Shown: piece by piece, positions 41,201 through 49,985 of the stretch | Layout: each line of letters opens with the position of its first letter | Position numbering within the stretch: position 1 is the first letter of the stretch | Notes under the pieces: model-generated | Seen by the model: only the letters and a program-made list of their open reading frames with translations | Databases searched by the model: none | What the model was told of the DNA's origin: nothing | Translations under genes and position numbers: made by a program | Assembly: GCA_951406725.2 (NCBI GenBank) | Contig: OX597817.1 | Location: forward strand, 39,556,001-39,620,000 | Source of the DNA: Octopus vulgaris | Taxonomy: Eukaryota | Length of the DNA stretch: 64,000 bases | Direction of reading: 5' to 3'

Positions 41201-44124
41201 AGTCAGGCAGCACTGACAATGACCACGCTCGAATGTTGTTTTTCACGTGTCACTACTAGCAATGGTGCTTTTTATGTGCCACTGGCATGGGAGCCAATCC
41301 GTGGCCCTGGTAATAATCACGATATATATATCACAATATCATATTTAATGCTTAATGCAAATATATTGTGAAAGGCAAATTAATTTGCAGTTTTCATTTT
41401 GAGATAATATCCCTTACGAATGTACTGTGTTTAAAAATACAAATGTATGAATAGCATGATTGTCATTCAGCTGTGGCATTGAGAGTTCTAAACACACATT
41501 TCTGCTTCTTTGTGCTTTGTCAGTAGCATGTACTCACTGGCTACCACATGCTAAGACAAAATCCATCACTACTGATATAGGAAGGCAGTGATTGAACAAT
41601 CACTGATGTTATAATTAGCCGCCTAGCTAATTAAAATGAAAAAGGAAACTCTTATTTATCTGATCTTGTTTCTATTTATTTTTGTTTTGAAGGAACTGGA
41701 ATCCCAAATTCCTGCCAGGCAAATGTATTTGGACTTTCACTATAAAAAATCTCATTTCCATGACTCCATTAATGAAGCAAAAGTTATCATAGAACAAAAC
41801 AAACAAAAGTTGGCCAGCGGTGACCATGCAGCAGAAACACTTCAGAAACACAAGGTAAAAAAAAAGCAACTTTTTTTTAAAGAATTTTTGTCACTTTTAT
41901 TAATCACTATATTACAATGAATGCAATTGTCACCAGCTTATTCTAAGACTATTTTGCTATACAAGTATCTCAGACTTTGTCTATATCAGGTTTCTGAATG
42001 GAATAAAGTATACAATTACCTGTTACCTGTTCAGAGTCTCACATACAGATTTATTGCAGGCATTTCATGATGTTTTTGGACAGTACCCTTTTTCTTTTTA
42101 CATTACCTCATTTCTGTCTGAAGTAAATAGAGATCATCAGGGAATGTTACATGTACACATAGACTGATATCCTGTCTATGAAACTGAAACTAAACATCAG
42201 ATTTCAAAAACCTCTCAAGATTTAAAACAATTATAGCATGGAAGACACACATTAACCATTCAAAAACACATAAGTCTGTTAACTTCACTTAAACGCTCAA
42301 TTTTTCACTGCCCTGATTGTGATTTGGTCACTGGAACTGTGTCAGTGGCCAGGCTGCAGTTAGCATGACAAAAATGTTGACACCATATAATAAGTGAAAT
42401 TAGCAGTTTCTGAATGGCTGTAATTCTTTTCATTTCAACAATGGCCACAGATCAGATTACTTACCTGGCAAGTCCACCAGTGAAATTAAAATTCAGTTTT
42501 GGTATTGGTCTGGTCCTGTAAACTAAAACTGAATGGTATCAATATTTCTGATAATTCTCCTGAATAATTTTCATTCTCATTTGATTTCAGAAATATTTTA
42601 CTGACTCATTCTACACTTCACATGAAGCACAACTGGAAGCAATGCACCAAATCTGTCTTGATTTCTCATCTCTTGACCGCCAGAACCAAACTCTGACAGC
42701 TGAATATGACAAAGTGGACTCAGAATGGAAAAGCCTGCGCAAGGTTATCAATACTTCTCAGGTGGAATTGAAACAACTTCCTAAACGATGGGAAGAATAC
42801 TACATAAGGTAAGACATCTGTATATATGGAACAATCAAATATTTGGAGCCAACCTAAGAAACTTACTATGACATATATTGCTGTTTGTTCCTTCTTGAGC
42901 CACACCCGGCTCATAAGGACCGGTTTCCTAGTTTCCTTGGTGTATAGGTTCCCCACCTGGACAGGACGCTGGTTCATCAAAGGTGAGCTGCTAGATGCAG
43001 GAGTAAAGAGTGAGAGAAAGTTGTGGCGAAAGAGTCAGAAGTTCGCCATTACCTTCTGCTAGAGCCGTGTGGTGTTTAGGTGTTTTGCTCATAAACAAAC
43101 ACATCACCCGGTCTGAGATTCGAACCTGCGATCCCTCGACCGCGAGTCTGCTGCTCTAATCACTAAGCCATGTGCCTCCACACTATGACATATACATCCC
43201 TGAAAATTATGGTACTTATTTACAAGTAGGAGCTGGATAGCTGTCCAAACTCCAATTGTCTGTCTGGATTGCTCTCCAGCTGTCCAGCTCCTGTCAAACT
43301 GTTCATCCCATGCTAACATGGAAAACAGACGTTGAACAATGATGATGTTATTTACAAGTACGGATACTGAGTGAGCAAAAGATGATAGTAGGCTCTGTGC
43401 AGTGTTGATGATGAAGATAGCCCCAAAACCACATCAAACTTAGTCACTACAACTCTCTTCAGCTTAGATGAAATTATCATTAATAGAAGTGTGATTTGAT
43501 GGGTTAGATTAGTCATTCTCAACCATTTTCATCCTATGGATCCCTTTGATTCCTACTTTACTTGGGTGACCCCAGAACCATTTGAAGTTTTAAAAAATCC
43601 TATTATATTTTTATAATTAAATATTAAGAATTGTATAAAATATGTTAAAATATAATTTACATTCGATGGATATTTGTCCTCATCTTGTTTGTTGTTAACA
43701 CAACATTTTGGCTGATATACCCTCCAGCCTTCTTCAGGTGTCTTGGGGAAATTCTGAACCTGGGTTCTCATTCCTAAGGTATTTTTCGATGTTGTTATTC
43801 CTTTTTACTTGTTTCAGTCATATGACTGTGGCCATGCTGGAGCACTGCTTTTAGTCAAGCAAATCAACCCCAGGACTTATTCTTTGTAAGCCTAGTACTT
43901 ATTCTATCAGTCTCTTTTGCCAAACTGCTAAGTTACGGGGACGTAAACACACCAGCATCGGTTGTCAGGCGATGTTGGGGGGGTCAAACACAGACACACA
44001 AGCATATACACATACATACATATATATATATATGGCACCTTGGGTAAGTGTCTTCTACTATAGCCTCAGGCCAACCAAAGCCTTGAGAGTGGATTTGGTA
44101 GACGGAAACTGAAAGAAGCCTATC

Positions 44125-44160
<36 letters not shown>

Positions 44161-47100
44161 GATAGGCTTCTTTCAGTTTCCGTCTACCAAATCCACTCTC
44201 AAGGCTTTGGTTGGCCTGAGGCTATAGTAGAAGACACTTACCCAAGGTGCCATGCAGTGGGACTGAACCCAGAACTATGTGGTTGGTAAGTAAGCTACTT
44301 ACCACACAGCCACTCCTATGCCTATACCACTATGCCATATGCCAATGGGCATATGGGATAGTAGTTAAGATCTCGGGTTACTAACCCCAAGATTCCGCGT
44401 TCGATTCCAAGCAGTGACCTGAACAATAACAATAATAATAACAACAACAACATTAATAACATCGAAAAATACCTTAGGAATGAGAACCCAGGTTCGAAAT
44501 GTCCCCAAGACACTTGAAAAAGTCTGGAGGGTATATCAGCCGAAACGTGTTAACAACAAACAAGATGAGGACAAATATCCGTTGAATGTAAATAATATAA
44601 ATAATGTACATAATTCCTCATCTCTTAAATATAGAACTGGAATGTTAAAATATTTTTGTGTATTGTAGAGGTATAACCAATTGATTGTAGATAAATTTTA
44701 ACAGTAAAATCTTATATGCCACAATGATCCCACAAGGATCATAAGGACCCCAGTTGAGAAGCACTAAGTCAAATTGCCTAGAGTTGCTTATTTGAATATT
44801 TGAAAGTTTTATGTTATTGCAACATGATTAATTATTCTTTATGATTGGTCTGGCTAATCATATTATAAAAATATAATTACTCTGTCTTGCATAATTAGGA
44901 TTTAATAGATGAAATTTTCTGAGTAAATAGATTTTTAGTGATGAAAATTCATAAAAATTTTACTTTTCTGAGACTTGTTTTCTCCATCAAAGCTTATTTT
45001 CTTGCTCACCAACTCTTTTTCTCTCAGATTTATAATGAATATCATTATCATATTTACTCAATTTAGTGTTGAATCTTAATGCAAAATTTTTTTCCCATCG
45101 TAGTTTTAGCTTTGCTCTGTGTGTAAGCCACACCCCATTTTTCCAGTTAAATTCAGGTGTAGAGTTGTGTGGCTTATACACAAGTAAATATGGTAACTAT
45201 AACAGAGACTCTTAACAACATTACTTTCTGTAAGCTACTAATGAACTAAGTGAGTCTCTATGTAGTTGTTTGAGCTGTTAGAAAGAGCAGTCAAATCACA
45301 CCACATCTTATTGTCTTATAAAAGAACTTTAGATAATGTAGACTGAGGCAAATTTTTTGTTTGAAAAGAAAAAAAGATGGAATGATCATGGCTGGAATGC
45401 CTTTGAACATTGGTCTGCTGGATTAGGTGCTGATTCCTGAAGCTAAATGCTAATAACAATAATTTTGAAAATTTCTTTTGCCAATCATGATTTCAAACAT
45501 CATCTTCATCATCATCATCATCATCATCTTTGTCATCATCATTAACATCACCCTCATCTGACTGCAGCAGCTATTTTCATTATCACTTGTGGTTCAATGA
45601 TCAGGTGATTAATTGTGATTGGTTGTTGATAAGGTTTGAATTCCAAAGTGGAACTTTGACTCAAAACAAAAGGAAATGAAGAGAGATTAGAAGAGATTCT
45701 ACAAGACATCCTGCCAACCATTAGCAATTCCCATCAGTCATTGATGATGATGATGATAATGAAAAGATGTATGACAAAGTTGACTTTGTCAGGATTTGAA
45801 CTCAGATCATTGAGATCCTGAACAAACATGAAAGAGCTGTTAATCCATTTTCGAACAATTCTATCAGTTTGCTATCTTTAAACATTGTTACAAAATATTT
45901 TTCCCATTAGAAAAATAACCAGCATCATCATCACTTTAACTTCCATTTTTTCATGCTTGGATAACATTTGAGACAGATTTTTCTATGGCTGGATGCCTTT
46001 CTTGTCACCAACCCTTACCAATTTCCAAGCAAAGTAATATTTTCTTTTGGTTAGAGATGTTTAGAGATATTATATTAGAAATGAATGACATTCTGTTACA
46101 ACAAACACACAATATCAAAACACACATGCACACTCACAAAGAGAGAGAGGTTCCTTTCAGTTTCTGCTTGTAAGTTCCACCCATAAGGCATTGGTTGGCC
46201 TGGGGCTATAGCAGAAGACACTTGTCCAAAGTACAACACAGTAGGACTGCATTTGAAACCATGTAGCTGGGAAACAAGCTTTGTAACCATACAGCCATGT
46301 CTGTACCTAGATGTTTAATAATATTCTTTGTAGGCTTTGTGTATATTTCTGATTCCATCTTCACAAGACCAATTACATATTCTGTTTTTGTCTTTTATCA
46401 TAGACTGGAGGTGTTCTCTCAGAAAATTTCCAGAATGGAACTACTTCTCATAGAAATGCAGAAAAAAAGCCTGCCAGAGGATGAATATCAGAAAGTGTAT
46501 TCAGAATTTCAGGTTTGTATTGAAATTTTTAATGTTTTCAGCTTAATGCCAAAATAATTCAATACATGAAAAATTCATCAACAGTAGGATCATGGGGGTT
46601 ATGATTTGAGTGGGAAGGTTAATCTAAAGAAACAGTGGAGTGAGTTTGTGGAATAGTTTTGACATGAAATTAAACAAAATATAAATATATTTAACCCTTT
46701 TGATACCCCACTGCTTGGATTGCCTCTGGTTCTTTGATGCAAATTTCCTGTTTTGAAGAGATTTAAATAAAACCTCCATAAATTTATGCTATAAGCACAA
46801 TCTTAATAATAACAAAGTCCTCTTACTATATTTTTCCTTATCTTCAAAATTAATTGAAACAGAAGTGGTGTATTTCAACAGAAATGGCTACTAAAAGGTT
46901 AAGACATTGGGATCAGGAAAGGTTGTGATAAGTGCTTAAGTTTTATTCTATTGGCACTAATGTGTATGCTAATGATATATATATATATATATGAGCATTG
47001 GGCCTCATGGAAGCAAAGTGGCTGAGTTCCTTTTGAGTGTTGGGCCTCATGGAGGCAATGACCAAGACCTTTGGCATTATGTCTTGCTTGAGAAGAAGAT

Positions 47101-49956
47101 TCATCAAGCTGAGCAAAATTGCAGTCATGGTAGATACCAGTGTAACGCAAATTGGCACCCATGCTGGTGACATGTAAACGCACCCTGGTGTCACACAAAT
47201 GGCACCTGTGCCGGTGGCATGTAAAAACACCCATTACACTCTCAGAGTGGTTGGCATTAGGAAGGGCATCCAGTCATAGAAAACCATGCCAAATCAGACT
47301 GGAGTCTGGTGCAGCCCCCTGGCATGCCAACCCAGTCAAACCATCCAGCCCATGTCAGCATGGACAACCGGCATTAGATGATGATGATGATGGGTGTATA
47401 TTTGGGTTGTACATAGAATTGTGAAAGTTGTGTTTATAAATTGCATTAGTTTGTGTGTATAGAATTGGAATAGATGTTCATAAACTGTACATATATGAGT
47501 TAATGGTTCAGTAATTGAAATGAAGGTAAGGGTAAAAAAACTTATATTTGATCAGATTGGAGCCTAGTGCAGCCTTCTTGGATTGCCAGCCCTCAGTCAA
47601 ACCATCCAACCCATGCCATCATGGAAAACGGACATTAAACAATGATGATGATGATGACTTGTTCCTCCTCCTTTCTGAACAAATAATATTTAATTTCTGC
47701 TATTTATTTTTAAGAAACGCCCCTCATTTATGTGCGTGTGTCTTTGTTTGTCCCCCCACCACTGCTTGTTTTGTTTACGATCTTTTAGTTGTAACTTAGC
47801 AGTTTGGCAAAAGAGACCGATAGAATAAGTACCAAACTTTAAAGAAATAGGTCCTGGGGTCGATTTGTTTGATTAAAATCTCTTCAGGGTGGTGCCCCAG
47901 CATGGCTACAATCTAATGACTGAAACGACTAAAAAGATAAGCAAAAAAAAAAGAGAGTGAAGGTATGTGATCTAGTGGTATTTGGTTCGTTATCATTAGA
48001 TGGTGGGTTCAGTTCTTGGAAGGGTGGTACATTGTGTCCTTGAGCAAAGCACTTCATTTCACATTGCTCCAATCTACCCAAATGAAAATGAATACTGGCT
48101 GAGTGTTGGGGCAGTCTCTCCCACTCCAGCTGTCACATCCAGGCTGTTCCACTCAGTCAAGGGTGAAGTTGGGCTGAGAAGGTGTCTATATCTGCTCATG
48201 TCTACACAGGTACCTGAACAATTGGTGAAAGCTTGTTACACATTACCAAGCGTATACTCACTCAGGAGTGATGGCTGGTTGTACACATATTTTATTTGAT
48301 ATAAGATACAATTAACTTTATATTTTGAATGGTACAAGATAGAATTAACTCATAAAATTACCTGCTACCTTTTCTGAATAGTGTAGTAAACCAAAACATA
48401 TTTACCATGGATTTGAACTTCTGACTCACAAAGAAAAATTCTAAATTAAATTAGCCGTTACAGAACAAAATATATGTTAAGGAGGTTTGACAAAATGCTA
48501 TTCTAGATAATGTACTGGATTAAAGGTCAGCCAAGCATTCATCCATAAGTTATTGGCTCCATACTTTGTCTTACAGACATCGTTTTACATGTCATGGACA
48601 ACATTCTTGAATATTAAAAGTAATACTTTCTGTTTTACTGCACTAGTTTCTTTGCTTTTTATTTTCTTCACATTTGAGTAGTTAGTGCGTTATGGGGATC
48701 ACCCAACTGTGAAACAGTCCAGTATTTTATATAGGTGTCTGCATTTGCAGCCATTTAATGTGACACAATATCATAGAAAAGTGAATGTTAAAGAAACAAC
48801 AAAAATATTGTTCATCTGTCAATTTGTTATTTTTCTGTATCTTCCTCTATTTCTTTCACTCTTCTTTCATTCCAAGTCTGTGTACTCACCTTGCTTCTCC
48901 TATAGTCATTCAGTGCATTATTGGTTCTAATTAAGTGACCCTGATGGACTAAAATGTGAAGTAGATTCTCACATCATCATCATCATCATCATTTACTATC
49001 CACTTTTTTGTGCTGGCATGGGGTAGACAGAGTTTATAGAGATAGATTTTCTGCTGCTGGATGCCCACTCTGTCACCAATTCTTGCCTGTTTCCAAGTAA
49101 GGTAATAATTCCTCATGGCCAGATATGTTTTACATGGAAGACTGGAAATGAAAAACATCACTTGTGTGACATTGATGCTTGTTTACAGCAATCAAGTGAT
49201 GTCAAAACAAGTGTAACACACACACACAGACACACACATGTGTGTGTGTTTGTGTGACAGGCTTCTTTAAGTTTCTATCTATGAAATCCACTCACAAGGC
49301 TTGTAGGAGAAGACACTTATCCAAAGTGCTATATAGAAGGATTGAACCCGAGACCACATGGTTAAGAAGCAAACTTCTTAACTGCACAACCATACCTATA
49401 AGAAATACAAAACTTAACTTATTGAACAAATAAGATTTTTTTAAAGGGAACATTATTGGTGAATGTGAAGTAAATGAACTGGCTTCAGCTAAGAATTGGA
49501 ATGGCATTGTAGTCTCCGCATGCCTATTGTCTCATGGCATGCTGTGACTCTTTATTTGAATATTCTAAATTATAGTTTCTCTTTTCTTCTTACAAATTTC
49601 TGTTGAATATTTACACTTAATTGCTCTTTCTTCAGGAAATGCAGAAAGATATGGATAAATATGGTGAAGAATCAAAATGGTTGAGCCAAAATTTGAACAC
49701 TCTTCTTGAAGATGCCGAAGATAAAAGTCTGCAGAAAGAATCCAATAACCTGAAAATTATATTGGAGAAATTCAACAACCTTAAACCTGGTGTAGTTGAA
49801 ATATCCTCCAAATCTCTAATATTTACCAAATGCTTCCAATTTCGTGATGACTTAGATCGTAAATCTCATTGGCTTGAGGAGACACATCGTGCCATTGTTG
49901 AACAACCCTACGTTGATAGACTTGAAGATGCTCAAACAATGTTACATGAACATGAG
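2305..49956 (+). CDS. SYNE1: Nesprin-1/SYNE1/Msp300-like gene, partial: 17 coding exons encoding CH2 domain plus spectrin repeats
   Basis: Exons join in frame through GT-AG introns with no stops (1118 codons). CH2 motifs [35 protein letters not shown] and [20 protein letters not shown] match the nesprin family as I recall it, followed by Trp-anchored helical spectrin repeats. Confidence 0.88.
2621..2853 (-). mobile_element. tRNA-derived SINE family B (GCCTTTCATCCTTTCGGGGTCGATAAA core, MetaSINE-like)
   Basis: B box GAGTTCAAATTCC on the minus strand. Imperfect TSD AATGCCTGTAGTC / AATACCTGTATTC. Confidence 0.85.
3427..3630. repeat. (CAC/CAT)n low-complexity tract
   Basis: Direct reading, includes a duplicated CTGATCACCATCATCAATACCAT unit. 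Confidence 0.9.
3881..4077 (+). CDS. SYNE1: Nesprin exon: CH2 core ([16 protein letters not shown]...[10 protein letters not shown])
   Basis: ttttcag|G acceptor, G|gtgagt donor, classic CH2 motifs. Confidence 0.95.
4134..4521 (-). mobile_element. SINE family B with partial tandem duplication, inserted in the tail of a family A SINE
   Basis: Two consecutive cores, with TTACTTGTTTCA repeated on both flanks. Confidence 0.85.
4525..4918 (-). mobile_element. SINE family A
   Basis: Reverse-complement match to family A. Confidence 0.75.
6260..6572 (-). mobile_element. tRNA-derived SINE sharing the family D head with a different 3' body
   Basis: Minus-strand GTGGAGGCGTGTGGCTTAGAGGTTAGGG head and CAGCTGTCAAAAATGAGTA core. 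Confidence 0.65.
6885..7470. repeat. CA-rich degenerate microsatellite
   Basis: Direct reading. Confidence 0.9.
7575..7984 (-). mobile_element. SINE family A
   Basis: Reverse-complement match, ending ~60 nt before exon 8043. Confidence 0.8.
8043..8134 (+). CDS. SYNE1: Nesprin exon: end of CH2 ([31 protein letters not shown])
   Basis: ttatag|AT acceptor (phase 1), GAA|gtaagt donor, [10 protein letters not shown] motif. Confidence 0.95.
10650..10835. repeat. (GAT)n degenerate microsatellite
   Basis: Direct reading, extends the tail of a repeat element. Confidence 0.9.
12390..12530 (+). CDS. SYNE1: Nesprin exon (VRKKRKS...[10 protein letters not shown]...PEYL)
   Basis: tattttcag|GTG acceptor, CTG|gtgaga donor, phase 0-0. 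Confidence 0.9.
13293..15087. mobile_element. Helitron/Helentron-like non-autonomous element with internal direct duplication
   Basis: Starts TACTAGCT, ends AAGTTTCATCAAAATC...CA-rich...ATATGTAGTAGAT, resembling DINE-1/Lep1-type ends. Diverged ~300-bp direct repeats at ~14000-14350 and ~14680-15000. Confidence 0.5.
16551..17115 (-). mobile_element. Non-autonomous mariner element (internal deletion derivative), copy 1
   Basis: TA target duplication, TIR TTGGGTTGTCTGGAAAGTT, transposase remnant [21 protein letters not shown] on the minus strand. Confidence 0.92.
18304..18615 (+). CDS. SYNE1: Nesprin exon, spectrin repeat (EFMAFKVQY...[10 protein letters not shown]...IVEHQ)
   Basis: ttcttcag|GAA, CAA|gtaaga, phase 0-0. 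Confidence 0.92.
19351..19632 (+). CDS. SYNE1: Nesprin exon, spectrin repeat (EIFKDLP...LQEGYQ)
   Basis: tttttacag|GAA, CAG|gtacaa, phase 0-0. Confidence 0.9.
19647..20183. mobile_element. Palindromic head-to-head element with tRNA-like head and Penelope-type hammerhead motif, copy 1
   Basis: Arm ~19647-19920 (-) is inverted to arm 19927-20188 (+). Flanked by 14-bp direct repeat GTACAAATGAATAT (19633-19646, 20184-20197). Confidence 0.85.
20084..20129 (+). ncRNA. Degenerate minimal type I hammerhead ribozyme motif
   Basis: GACAC-CTAAAGAA-GGCTG-loop-CAGCC-AAAAC-GTT-GTGTT. Stems I and II intact, two core positions mutated relative to CUGAnGA/GAAA. Confidence 0.6.
20563..20944 (+). mobile_element. 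tRNA-derived SINE family A (CCTTGGGCAAGT core, internal TA/TG microsatellite, GAAACAAGTAAAAGAG tail)
   Basis: A box TGGCTCTGTGG and B box GGTTCAGTCCC, with many dispersed copies in the window. Confidence 0.85.
21420..23300. mobile_element. Cluster of about six family B SINEs in mixed orientation (plus one family A)
   Basis: Copies at ~21420(+), 22125(+), 22370-22570(-), 22590(+), 22821(+), 23080(+). Confidence 0.8.
21648..22100 (+). mobile_element. SINE family A
   Basis: Full-length match to 20563-20944. Confidence 0.85.
23379..23472 (+). CDS. SYNE1: Nesprin exon ([13 protein letters not shown]...YLKTEV)
   Basis: ttccag|GGT, G|gtaagt, phase 0-1. Needed to link the flanking exons in frame. 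Absent from the ORF track. Confidence 0.85.
24447..24612. mobile_element. hAT-like MITE
   Basis: TIR CAGGGCC...GGCCCTG, 8-bp flanks TCTAAACC/TCTTAATC (6 of 8 match). Confidence 0.6.
24775..24980 (+). CDS. SYNE1: Nesprin exon ([11 protein letters not shown]...ERWNKL...LNAWLADAQ...PEKQ)
   Basis: ttttacag|GT, CAG|gtaatg, phase 1-0, spectrin Trp pattern. Confidence 0.9.
25117..25490 (-). mobile_element. SINE family A
   Basis: Reverse-complement match, head-to-head with the next copy. Confidence 0.8.
25563..25885 (+). mobile_element. SINE family A
   Basis: Forward, diverged match. Confidence 0.75.
26497..26811 (+). CDS. SYNE1: Nesprin exon (NFFQDLPDW...[12 protein letters not shown]...ETELD)
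   Basis: tttcag|AAT, GAT|gtaagt, phase 0-0. Confidence 0.92.
26912..27237 (+). mobile_element. Family C (RTE-like 3' end)
   Basis: TTAGGAAGGGCATCCAGCTGTAGAAAC...TTAAACGATGATGATG. Similar copy at 9510-9757. Confidence 0.8.
27831..28012. mobile_element. Tc2/pogo-like MITE
   Basis: TA|CCATATTTTAA...TTAAAATATGG|TA. Confidence 0.65.
28464..28684. mobile_element. TTAA-flanked piggyBac-like MITE
   Basis: TTAA|CCCTTT...AAAGGG|TTAA. Confidence 0.75.
28740..28950. mobile_element. TTAA-flanked piggyBac-like MITE
   Basis: TTAA|CCCTTTT...AAAAGGG|TTAA. Related copies at 12601-12926 and 46695-46898. Confidence 0.75.
29044..29456 (-). mobile_element. SINE family A
   Basis: Full-length reverse-complement match. 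Confidence 0.85.
29522..29845 (+). CDS. SYNE1: Nesprin exon ([14 protein letters not shown]...INAWLDIGE...LEAHK)
   Basis: caacag|GTG, AAG|gtaatt, phase 0-0. Confidence 0.9.
30664..30897 (-). mobile_element. SINE family B
   Basis: Full length, 13-bp TSD TTCCTGTCTTTCT (30651-30663, 30898-30910). Confidence 0.88.
31342..31377 (+). ncRNA. Degenerate hammerhead-like motif in a different short repeat (~31270-31465)
   Basis: TTTT-CTGTTGCA-GATC-GTAG-GCTC-GAAAC-GTA-AAAG. Confidence 0.4.
32310..32920 (-). mobile_element. Family C (RTE-like 3' end), long copy
   Basis: (CAT)n tail, core and internal ~60-bp repeats. Further minus copies at ~8300, 23728, 36380, 41020, 55300 and 59320. Confidence 0.8.
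33149..33298 (+). CDS. SYNE1: Nesprin exon ([10 protein letters not shown]...TTTVRFQ)
   Basis: tttcacag|GAG, CAG|gtagga, 150 nt open, phase 0-0. Absent from the ORF track. Confidence 0.87.
35210..35511 (-). mobile_element. tRNA-derived SINE family D (V-domain-like CCTGCGACGGACCGGCGTCC)
   Basis: Minus-strand head GTGGAGGCACATGACCTAGTG...TTCGAATCTC, closely similar to the copies at 38827 and 42882. Confidence 0.85.
36117..36284 (+). CDS. SYNE1: Nesprin exon (TLNSSASE...[10 protein letters not shown]...IKKHK)
   Basis: ttacag|ACT, AAG|gttttt (weak donor), phase 0-0. Confidence 0.88.
38200..38418 (+). mobile_element. SINE family B (another copy at ~38638-38820)
   Basis: Core and B box match. 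Confidence 0.75.
38465..38602 (+). CDS. SYNE1: Nesprin exon (KFFDGNPGD...KTKLK)
   Basis: Long pyrimidine tract, gcag|AAG, AAG|gtaaat, phase 0-0. Confidence 0.88.
38827..39128 (-). mobile_element. SINE family D
   Basis: Full length, TSD TTTATACCTAT. Confidence 0.85.
39889..40152 (+). mobile_element. tRNA-derived SINE related to family D (other copies ~25925-26175 -, ~9236-9475 +)
   Basis: A/B boxes TGGTTTAGTGG and TTTCGATTCC, 14-bp TSD TATACTGGGTACTC. Confidence 0.85.
41693..41854 (+). CDS. SYNE1: Nesprin exon ([10 protein letters not shown]...TLQKHK)
   Basis: ttttgaag|GAA, AAG|gtaaaa, phase 0-0. Confidence 0.87.
42591..42808 (+). CDS. SYNE1: Nesprin exon (KYFTDSFY...SEWKSL...[10 protein letters not shown])
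   Basis: tttcag|AAA, AG|gtaaga, phase 0-2. Confidence 0.9.
42882..43181 (-). mobile_element. SINE family D
   Basis: Full length, flanked by ACTATGACATAT repeats. Confidence 0.85.
43697..43742 (-). ncRNA. Degenerate minimal type I hammerhead ribozyme motif
   Basis: Reverse complement reads GACAC-CTGAAGAA-GGCTG-GAGGGTATAT-CAGCC-AAAAT-GTT-GTGTT. Differs from an intact core only at two CpG sites. Confidence 0.65.
43801..44322 (-). mobile_element. SINE family A containing an internal inverted duplication
   Basis: Reverse-complement match with an extra forward segment at 44032-44125. Confidence 0.85.
46404..46512 (+). CDS. SYNE1: Nesprin exon ([10 protein letters not shown]...VYSEFQ)
   Basis: tcatag|A, CAG|gtttgt, phase 2-0, matching the preceding exon. 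Confidence 0.88.
46990..47392 (+). mobile_element. RTE-like LINE 3' end (family C): ORF2 tail remnant, GGAAGGGCATCCAG motif, (GAT)n tail
   Basis: Remnant peptide LGLMEAMT followed by [11 protein letters not shown] precedes the 3' UTR shared with many copies. Confidence 0.65.
49636..49956 (+). CDS. SYNE1: Nesprin exon (EMQKDMDKY...KSHWLEET...MLHEHE)
   Basis: ctttcttcag|GAA, GAG|gtaagc, phase 0-0. Last confident exon in the window. Confidence 0.92.
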
Positions 49957-49985
49957 GTAAGCTTATAAATCTTTATTGTATTGTA

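Larger units (their letters stand above)
43654..44641. mobile_element. Same palindromic tRNA/hammerhead element, copy 2, interrupted by a SINE
   Basis: Arm ~43655-43799 (-) and arm 44347-44640 (+). 12-bp direct repeat ATGTTAAAATAT at 43642-43653 and 44642-44653. Confidence 0.85.
43510..44766. mobile_element. hAT/Charlie-like MITE split by nested insertions
   Basis: Ends TAGTCATTCTCAAC...GTTGAGAAGCACTA. The two halves are contiguous in the related copy at ~8770-8922. Confidence 0.65.
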
